Assembly (NCBI GenBank): GCA_963702095.1
Contig: OY969706.1
Span: 2,784,001-2,848,000 of the forward strand
Source of the DNA: Candidatus Bathyarchaeota archaeon
GTDB taxonomy: Archaea; Thermoproteota; Bathyarchaeia; Bathyarchaeales; Bathycorpusculaceae
Direction: 5' to 3'
DNA: 64,000 nt
A program made the translations under genes and the position numbers. The notes beneath the pieces were generated by a model. It made no database searches and was not told the DNA's origin. It saw only the letters and a list, made by a program, of their open reading frames with translations. This document shows positions 60,583 through 64,000 of the stretch, piece after piece (position 1 is the first letter of the stretch; every line of letters begins with the position of its first letter).

Positions 60583-61956
60583 GTGGCTAAATCTAAAATA
60601 ATAATTATCCTCTTAATAGTGGGTTTACTGGTTGCTTCAATAATAGTTTACCAACAGCAACTGTCCAACCTAGATTCATCATCAAACTCCGTCGGATTGC
60701 CAGCACCCCAAGGAAGCATTCTTTTCAAACAGGAAATCCGAGACTTCGCAAATACTATCGCGGTTGACGGCGGCAAATTTTTCACCCTGAATGACGACGG
60801 TGTGCTGTACTGTTTTGACGCCCAAAGCGGAAACCTACTCTGGCAAACCGTTGTTGACAACTGGCGTACAGGCGGATTAGTAATCAAAGATGAAATAATC
60901 TACGTTGGAGCAGTCGGCGGCGTTATAAAAACCGTGGATGAGCGCACCGGGAAACTGCTTGACTTACAGTTTGAGGCGCCTGTGAGCACTTCTTGGGGCA
61001 GTAAGAGTCCTCCCACTGCTTTCTCTGTTATTGAGGGTCGTGTGTTCGCTACCCAGACGGGTTGTAACGCCTTTAGCGCCGACACAGGTAGTCAACTTTG
61101 GATTTCTCTGCCCGTTACTATGCTTAACCCTCCTGACATGCCCTACACCGATAGCGTATGGGCGTTTAGCGATAATCTGGTTCTTGGCGCTGGAATGTAC
61201 CCTGCCGATAACACCTTTGCAGACGGATACTACCGAATCGACCCCGACAAGGGCGCTGTCATCTGGGCTATTGAATGCTCTAACATCCAAGAACCACTCA
61301 CATACCATAACAGAATAATCCTGACAAACTTTGGAAACAACATCCAAAAGTTCTGTACAAAAGTGTGTGTTGCCACCGCTTCCTCAGGAACCATCCTGTG
61401 GAGTTACGACATTGGATCACCAACTTACAAGCCAATAATCTATGGCGATTTGCTTCTACTGGTTGGCACAGACGGATATTTTTATGCCCTCAACCTCTCA
61501 AACGGTTCCTTATCCTGGAAGACACCCCTCAACAGTGACGGAACCCTCAAAGACGCGGCAGTATCCCCCATAAGAGTGGATGAACAAACCCAGAAGATAT
61601 ACTGGGCTTACGCCATCATCAGAACCAACGGCTCAGATAATAGCATAATCTACGATGGGGCATTGTGCAGCTTGGATCTGGCAACCGGCAGAAACCTTCG
61701 AACACAAACTTTCCAAAGCAACTGCACACAACCATTTTTTACAGACAGAAATCCGCTTTTGGGGTTAGCGCTGCTTAACCATACTGCCTTTTTGACTGTG
61801 CAAACTGATCTCTGGGCATTTCACAAGTCAAGTTTAGAAGTAGCTGGGATGCAGCATTTCGACCACAACCTTGTAGCACCCATTGCGGCTTATGGCAAAG
61901 TGTATGTTTCAGCAGACCTCTATGCACTGGCTTACAGCGACGCAGATGATAGTTAG
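60583..61956 (+). CDS. membrane-anchored PQQ-like beta-propeller protein
   Basis: N-terminal TM; repeated A.D..SG..LW blades. Confidence 0.85.
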   Translation: MAKSKIIIILLIVGLLVASIIVYQQQLSNLDSSSNSVGLPAPQGSILFKQEIRDFANTIAVDGGKFFTLNDDGVLYCFDAQSGNLLWQTVVDNWRTGGLVIKDEIIYVGAVGGVIKTVDERTGKLLDLQFEAPVSTSWGSKSPPTAFSVIEGRVFATQTGCNAFSADTGSQLWISLPVTMLNPPDMPYTDSVWAFSDNLVLGAGMYPADNTFADGYYRIDPDKGAVIWAIECSNIQEPLTYHNRIILTNFGNNIQKFCTKVCVATASSGTILWSYDIGSPTYKPIIYGDLLLLVGTDGYFYALNLSNGSLSWKTPLNSDGTLKDAAVSPIRVDEQTQKIYWAYAIIRTNGSDNSIIYDGALCSLDLATGRNLRTQTFQSNCTQPFFTDRNPLLGLALLNHTAFLTVQTDLWAFHKSSLEVAGMQHFDHNLVAPIAAYGKVYVSADLYALAYSDADDS

Positions 61957-62021
61957 CAGGTTTAAGCTCTATTTTTGTTTGGTCTTTGGTGAATGATTGC
62001 CCAAGTCTCCACACTTCTTTT

Positions 62022-62156
62022 CTTTGATCTTCTAGTGCTAGAAGAAGAGAGTGTCGCCTTTACTCAACATCTTCTTGCGGACTTTGCAGACGGTTGTGTT
62101 TTGCGTTCTGCAATGCCGATGGGTTGCTATCTGGTTGAGGCGATTTCTACAAGCAG
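62022..62156 (+). repeat. R1 repeat, copy 4
   Basis: Gapless alignment to 36955-37090; TCTTCTAG-TG-CTAGAAGA palindrome. Confidence 0.88.
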
Positions 62157-62218
62157 TCCACAGTTTTTGACCTGCCTTATGTAGTTTTTAGGGTGTTTTG
62201 CTTGGTGTGTTATAGGTT

Positions 62219-62272
62219 AATTTTATATGATGGCAAATACATGCTTACTTTGTAAGCGCCACAAGGCTTACA
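62219..62272 (+). promoter_or_regulatory. TATA box plus palindromic operator
   Basis: TTTTATA followed by GCTTAC-ttt-GTAAGC and TGTAAGC-N8-GCTTACA (62243-62272). Confidence 0.65.
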
Positions 62273-62282
62273 TGGTGATAAG

Positions 62283-62744
62283 ATGACGCTAAGCACAGGC
62301 TACCTAACTCCCAAACAAACCCGAATCTGGGACCTCAAAGGAAACGGCATCCAAGAAGCCCACATAGCAAAACACCTAAAAATCACACGCCAAACCGTCC
62401 ACAAAGCCCTCGACACAGCCAACCTCAAAATCGGCGAAGCCCTCGAAGAAACCGCCAAAATAAACAAAATCGAAATCCAAACCCTCAACCCAACCAAAGG
62501 CTACCTCCTCGGCTACAGCGCCCACTTCAAAACCAAAGCCTTCATCACCTTCTCCGCAAAAAACGGCGTCCAAGTCTGGTACAGACACGACGGCGACTGC
62601 AAAAAATGCCGCAAACTCGAAACCTGCAGAGAAGCCCTCCTAACAGAAGCAAAAAACCGCAACTTCCTCATCCTAGACGACACAAGCAAGATACTGCCCT
62701 CCAAACTTGCAGAAGCTCTAATCGAGAAAATAACAGGTGAATAA
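62283..62744 (+). CDS. sigma70-region-4/LuxR-like HTH protein with C-terminal Cys motif
   Basis: LTPKQ..IW....G.....IAKHLKITRQTVHKAL; WYRHDGDCKKC.....C. Confidence 0.8.
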   Translation: MTLSTGYLTPKQTRIWDLKGNGIQEAHIAKHLKITRQTVHKALDTANLKIGEALEETAKINKIEIQTLNPTKGYLLGYSAHFKTKAFITFSAKNGVQVWYRHDGDCKKCRKLETCREALLTEAKNRNFLILDDTSKILPSKLAEALIEKITGE

Positions 62745-62747
62745 AGC

Positions 62748-63548
62748 ATGGGTTTATATGAAAGGTTGAGAGCATTTAAAAACTGGTGTCCTGAACCATC
62801 CACTCCGCTTAGTTCAAAGTTAAAGCAATTTTTTATTTCACCAAAACTGGCAGGCACTGGGGTCAGAAACAAGTGGGGTTATGTTCCTATCGCTGGCGGA
62901 TTCGGATTAATAGCTGCTGGCTTAGTTACTTTTATCATCCATGTTGTGCTAAACGGGGAGCTTTCTGGCACGGCGGCGGCTTATGCTCAGCGGTCGGATT
63001 TTTGGTTCTACTGGGCGCCGATGATTACCGTTTTTCTTATAGCAGGCGCGTTCGCCGCTGTTATTGGCGTATTTGTTCTAAAAAGGGTCACAAACCGATG
63101 GTTCTACGCTTTGATTGCTGGAGCGTTTATCCTAATTGCCTTTGACTCGTACTTCTTTGTGTTCAACTGGGCGAAGGATTTCATAAACATCATAGGCATC
63201 GAGAACTTCTATCCTCTTTCAGCGACCTACTTCTTCTCTGGACTAATGGCAGCGGTGTTTATGGTGGCGCTTGCAATGGTGTTGGGGCTGAAGGTTAGAA
63301 ACAAGTGGGGAATAATCACGGCAGTCGGCGGATCAGTCTTAATCCTCCTTGCCGTCTTCTTGATAGTGCTGGATGCAGCCGCCACCATCGCCATTGACCC
63401 TGTATTCAGCCTCGGTCTACGGGATTTCCGCTGGTACTTCTTCTGGCAGAATTTCGTCCCAGTTATTCCCTTTTCCTTGTTGATCGGCGGGTTCCTCGAA
63501 TTCATAGGAATATACCTGATAAGGATGGAAAAAAGCGGTGAGGCTTAG
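62748..63548 (+). CDS. six-TM membrane protein with N-terminal WCP motif and internal duplication
   Basis: LRAFKNWCPEP N-terminus; VRNKWG occurs twice. Confidence 0.8.
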   Translation: MGLYERLRAFKNWCPEPSTPLSSKLKQFFISPKLAGTGVRNKWGYVPIAGGFGLIAAGLVTFIIHVVLNGELSGTAAAYAQRSDFWFYWAPMITVFLIAGAFAAVIGVFVLKRVTNRWFYALIAGAFILIAFDSYFFVFNWAKDFINIIGIENFYPLSATYFFSGLMAAVFMVALAMVLGLKVRNKWGIITAVGGSVLILLAVFLIVLDAAATIAIDPVFSLGLRDFRWYFFWQNFVPVIPFSLLIGGFLEFIGIYLIRMEKSGEA

Positions 63549-64000
63549 GCTGGTGTTGAGGAGTCCCAGAGGAACTGGAAGTACTCCCGCGCAAACCCCA
63601 CAACGCCCACGTGATCACTCCAAATAACCAAACTCGGCTTATCCTCGCCCAAAAACAGCATCGCTTCTTTGCCGTCAGCAATAATGCCGCCACCGAACAT
63701 GTGGTCCCGGATACGCAACTCGCCAAATCCAGCGAATTTTTTGAGGAAAAGCCAATCCTCTTTTTTGCCCGCCGCCATCAGTTTAATCTTAACGGACTTC
63801 TTGACTCCGCTTCCAAGAAGGGGCTCAGCCAAAGTAATCACGGGCTTAGCAAACTCTGGCGCCGCCACAACGATTTCGACTGAAGCCTTTTTGGCCATTT
63901 CCTCCAGCTTGTTGAGGACCGCTTGTTGCCCACGCAGGATAAGCATGTCGGGGCGTTCGACTAGCTCGCGTTTCTCGTAGAGGGGCTGCAACGTTTCGGC
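63545..64000 (-). CDS. TrmB-family transcriptional regulator, C-terminal part (starts beyond window)
   Basis: ILRGQ..V...L.EM..KA..EI, GIIADGKEAML, YFQFLW. Confidence 0.75.
   Translation of the reverse strand, partial: AETLQPLYEKRELVERPDMLILRGQQAVLNKLEEMAKKASVEIVVAAPEFAKPVITLAEPLLGSGVKKSVKIKLMAAGKKEDWLFLKKFAGFGELRIRDHMFGGGIIADGKEAMLFLGEDKPSLVIWSDHVGVVGFAREYFQFLWDSSTPA

Noticed and set aside
1-64000. CRISPR array, transposase, integrase, intein in MCM
   Set aside because: No regularly spaced repeats or recognisable recombinase motifs; MCM is normal length.

Overview
64-kb archaeal chromosomal segment, most likely Bathyarchaeia (inferred from archaeal information genes plus the gene set). Core blocks: rpl44e-rps27e-aIF2alpha-nop10-PAC2, GINS-MCM-wecB, rpl7ae-rps28e-rpl24e and gar1-tfb. 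Metabolic blocks: ahcY, treT/treZ-GH57-treY-malQ, gdhA, an NAD(P)-type Mtd, a dapA-dapB-asd-lysA-dapF-dapL lysine operon and several ion transporters. There are two tRNAs (intron-containing Ser-CGA; Glu-TTC). The accessory patches (about 19-30.8 kb, 36.8-41 kb, 60-63.5 kb) hold the most unusual signals: (1) two families of dispersed, hairpin-bearing intergenic repeats, one flanking a VapBC module as direct repeats; (2) a second VapBC islet between tRNA-Glu and a degenerate tRNA-Glu copy; (3) a Cys-tagged HTH regulator plus a 'WCP' membrane protein with an upstream palindromic operator; (4) a structured leader upstream of an MgtE-type gene; (5) a frameshifted AhbD-like radical SAM enzyme with a large N-terminal extension; (6) a 1.3-kb non-coding region that may be a replication origin. 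No CRISPR array, rRNA, integrase or transposase was seen. All family assignments come from motif recognition by eye, not database searches.
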